Shown here piece by piece: positions 60,226 through 64,000 of a stretch of DNA of 64,000 bases (positions within the stretch are counted from its first letter, which is position 1; each line of letters opens with the position of its first letter). The translations under genes were made by a program, and so were the position numbers. Origin of the DNA: Penicillus capitatus (lineage: Eukaryota > Plantae > Chlorophyta). The notes below the pieces were generated by a model. It made no database searches, had not been told where the DNA came from, and saw only the letters and a list, made by a program, of their open reading frames with translations. Location: contig OZ287694.1 of the NCBI GenBank assembly GCA_965649825.1, positions 2,214,640-2,278,639 on the forward strand, in the 5' to 3' direction.

Positions 60226-63200
60226 ATGCAATTCGCCGTCGTCATCTTTCTCGCACTCCTAAGTAATAGTCGGAGCGTCGGTGTCAAAGAGAACGGTGTG
60301 GCGAACAGTCTCTTGAGCAAAGGTTGGTATGCGAGATATGCCGTATCGTTTGCATGGACTCGTTAACTGAGATCCACTTTCTTCCTTTGCCCCATCTCTT
60401 CAGTCGTGACGGACACCGCTAACCAAGTATCTGAAACGCGTTCCGTGTATTCTATCTAGGCCGTCATTTAACTCAAAATGCTGTCAATGGAACTCGAGTC
60501 CCTTCCGGTGTGTCGTTAAGGGAGGCGCTCAGAAATCTGCGTCCATATGAAACCATCGTCCTAGAGAACAGAAGCTACACGCTGAGGAGAAGACTGACGG
60601 TGGATGTGCGCGACGTCACACTCCTTGGCAACGCAGGAGGCCGAACAGTCATAACTTGTCCCTCCGACGACAGCGCCCTCTTCATACGGTTCGACAACTC
60701 AGACACGCACTCAGTCACTCCACTTGACTCTTGGCGTTGTTTCTGAACGATAGGTCGTCGAATGTGACGATCTCGGACATCACCTTCCAAGACTGTCGAG
60801 ATGTTTCGGCCGTGGTGGTGGAGAACGATCCCGATGATGCTTCCAGGACAACCAGCGTGGTGTTCGAGAGAGTGTCATTCATAAACAACACTCAGGGAGT
60901 GAAGACGCGGAGAGGGTTGTTCGCCTTCGAACGGTCAATGGGAACACTGACCATCTACCCATGCTCTTCCATGGAGTGCAGTGGACCGATGCCGGAGGTG
61001 GAGGTTCGGCATTCGACATTCGAGGACAACGAGGCTGACCAAGGCGGAGGCATTCTCTGTGCCAGCTGCAAGCTGCGGATCATGAACTCCACGTTCAGCA
61101 GCAACCGGGCTCTGTCCAATGGAGGAGCCGTCTTTGCGAGAGATGCAGGAACGGTGGTGGACATCGTCGACTCCTCCTTCGTCGACAACTCAGTGACGCA
61201 ACATCGCAGACAGGACGAAATTAAACGCAGCGACGGCCGTCCGATAGAGCTCGTGAATCACTTTACTTTCAATTTTCCTGCGGAAGGAGGTGGCGCCCTT
61301 TTCATAAACTCCGTTGCAAATCTCTCAGTGGCTGGGTCTTCGTTTCTGGGCAACCAGGCCCCAAGTGGAGGTGCGATGCGATCTGTCATTGATGTTCGCT
61401 TTTTCTCGAGCACGAACAGATCCTCCGTGCTCGTTGTAAACAGCACGTTCGAGCAGAACCACGCCAGTATTCCGGATTCAATGCCAGTCCAGTATGACGA
61501 GGACAGCATCGGAGGCGCAGTCTACTTCGTATGCAGTGCAGAGAACTTGGACGAATGGAGGTTCGACAACTGCACCTTCAGAAACAACACGGCGCGTCAC
61601 GGAGGCGCTCTCCACGTGGTCGCACTTCAGCAGAACACGCTGACAATGGACGACTGTCGCTTCGAAGATAATCAAGCAGAGGCAGCAGGAGGAGCTGTGA
61701 TCCTGAGGAACACTGGCGCGTTCGAGACCAACGCCTCTACCTGGTACAGAAATGTGGCGAATCTTGGCGGCGGCATTTTGATAACAAACGGGGCACTCTT
61801 CAGAACACGGGGTTTAGAGGTTCACAGTGCCGGACGCATTGGCAGATCCAACGTGTTTCGCGAAAACAGTGCCGTCTACGGAGGAGGCATCATGTGTGCT
61901 GAGTGCGGAGAGATGAAGCTGCTCGATGCCAACATCACCTTCAATGTTGCGAGTGATTCTGGCGGTGGTCTCTACGTTCTGGATGCCCCAGATGCGATAT
62001 ACATATACCAGTCTCTGTTCGCCAGCAACATAGCGTATCGAGGGGGTGGCATCGCTCTCAGATCTGCTGCCTTCGTGTCCTTCAGGGTCATCGAAGCATT
62101 CTACTCGAACATCCTCGTGAACAATACGGCCGTCGCCGGAGGTGGTCTATTTGTAGAGGCAAATCGACAGCGGCAAAACAGGCTCTCAGTACGTCTGTTG
62201 ACTTTAAGTTACCTGCTGCAAAATACTTGTGTCGCTCGTAGATCGCGAGAACCCGGTTCGAACGGAACCAAGCTGTGCGAGTGGAGGACCTAAAGTTTTC
62301 TTTTGCCAGAGGCCAATCAGCTACAGCAAACAACAGACGCGGGAGATCGCTGCTCCAGCAGACTGCACGGTCGGACAGTCTGTCATCGACTGCTTCATCA
62401 TCTTCCACCTGCGGAGAGGGAGGCGGGGGCGGCATGTGTCTGGTATACAGCGTTCTGCCAGAGAGCTCGATCGGTGACGTTCTTCTGACGGATGTGGTTT
62501 TCGATGGCAACGTTGCTTCCATAGGAGGTATGCCTGTTCGCAGACCGAATCCATTCGTCGAGGCATCCTTCCAGGCGGTGCCTCTGTGCAAGTGGCCGGA
62601 GACGGCTGGAACCAGCATCGCCTGAGGAACTGTCCGGAGATCCGACCAATAACGGAACCCTGTCGGCTATTTCGTCTGATGAACATCAACACAACGGACA
62701 ACGTCGCCCAGTACGCAGCGGGATGGTTTGTCTCTCATCCAGGGTCCGTTCTCGTCGGCTGCCCCTATTTCGATCCAGAGGGATGGACAGATATGCTATC
62801 CGCATACAAGTCTGATCGGCTTTCAAGAAAGTATTGTCTGCGTTTCCAGAACAACATCGATTTGGTGACAGTCGCCGATCACACTTCCGAGTCTCCTGAT
62901 CGCTCACGTGTGCTCAGGACGCGGATGCAGAGTACGGGACTAACATTGGGAGTGGCGTCCACGAATTGAAGCTGCTGAACCCCATGTCTCCAATCGTCAA
63001 TCATACGGGGGGCGAGATACTGATGCTGCCACCGTGTTCCAGTACCGAGGGTTGTGCCAGGAATACGTCGGATGGGATCAAGATCGCAGTCAAAGACGTC
63101 TTCAATCAGACAGTCACGAGAGTCATCGCCCGAGCGGGTAAGACCCCTAGCAGCGTGCGTCGCCTGAGAGAGGGTTTTTGGCAGAACTGAATGTGCTCTT

Positions 63201-64000
63201 AGAGTCAACAGATATCAGTGGAGAAACAGATTATCGGGCAATAGATGGAATTTTCAATGTGAATAATACTGTAGGAATTGGCATTGGACGAAATTCTGAG
63301 ATCATTTTTCGGTATGGAGAGTTGGAGACAAACTTGACATTCTCCACCAGGAAATGCTTTCCTGGAGAGAACGAAGCGGGCTATGTCTGTCAGCCTTGTC
63401 CAGTGGATCGCTATTCCTTCGATACCTCCAGCACATGCAGAGACTGCGAGAATCATGCCAAATGCAGTGGCAGATCCAGCCTTGTACCGATCGATGGCTA
63501 TTGGCACTCGACTCCCTTCTCTCCACAGTTTCACGAATGCATCGTTAAAGAAGCTTGCGCGTATGAAAGCCGAAAGAGCGTAGGCAAGAATCGAGAGACA
63601 GCCTTGAAAGAATACTACGAAGACACCAGCAAGATATCTACTCGGATTTCTCATCTGGATGCGTATCTCTCGGGGACAGAGGCGACACCGCCTGTGTACA
63701 ATGACTATTTTCAATGCTCCGACGGGTATCGTGGTATTCTGTGCGGTTCTTGCGAAGCGGGTTATTGGCATTTTGCTGGAGGCGAATGTCTCAAGTGCCC
63801 AAGATATCGAGTATGGTCGGTCATACTGACGCTCTTGGCAGCATCGATCGCATTTGTATTGCTGGCTGTTAACATATTCTTGACGTTCAGTTCGGCAAGA
63901 AAGCAGATCTGGGTCGCTATGGCAAAGACAAGACAAGCTCAGCAAGCCTCGTCCTCATGCAATGCCGATGGGCAGGCAGACTTCAGCAGCCGTCCAGATC
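60226..64000 (+). CDS. Pmp-like beta-helix / Cys-rich / multi-TM surface protein, copy B (apparently intact, runs off right edge)
   Basis: MQFAVVIFLALLS signal peptide, GGA(I/L/V) and FxxN repeats, same intron positions as copy A; no stop seen in the spliced frame up to 64000. Confidence 0.85.

Larger units (their letters stand above)
55700..64000 (+). repeat. Arm B of inverted segmental duplication, interrupted by three LTR insertions
   Basis: After removing 55908-57904, 57931-58442 and 58741-59579 the sequence is collinear with the reverse complement of 18197-23345. Confidence 0.95.

Noticed and set aside
1-64000. tRNA, rRNA or other structured RNA genes; autonomous transposase or reverse transcriptase
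   Set aside because: No cloverleaf, A/B boxes or rRNA signatures seen by eye, and no RT (YxDD), integrase or DDE motifs in any long ORF. Small RNAs cannot be excluded without covariance searches.

Overview
Eukaryotic nuclear DNA, standard genetic code, very compact, with many 40-60 nt spliceosomal introns. The gene set (TOM1-like, LUMINIDEPENDENS-like, plant-type ATG18 and UMA-UBA proteins) points to a green alga; this is inference. Two gene-dense housekeeping blocks lie at about 4-15 kb and 30-45 kb: NCKX, PAC1, EBP2, a degenerate DEAD-box protein, ATG18, eIF3h, a kinase-relic membrane protein, SLC35F, TOM1, RPN2, RPAP3, UBAP1-like, oligoribonuclease, LD/PNUTS-like, ERG28, TRM112 and poly(A) polymerase. 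Accessory regions hold a propeller-ankyrin-TRP channel, two patatin phospholipases and an inverted duplication of a large Pmp-like beta-helix/multi-TM surface protein gene. Copy A of that gene carries a nonsense codon; copy B runs off the right edge. At 54.9-59.6 kb there is a nest of LTR insertions, each with a 5-bp target-site duplication. It includes a complete 2-kb element with identical 99-bp LTRs that encodes only a coiled-coil/CCHC protein and carries a foreign solo LTR in its leader. Comparing the two duplicate arms gives empty sites for four of the insertions. A strongly enriched, orientation-independent motif (GTCACATC / CTCACTCTTT) marks introns and intergenic DNA. All gene models were spliced by eye, so boundaries are approximate. 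No database searches were run.
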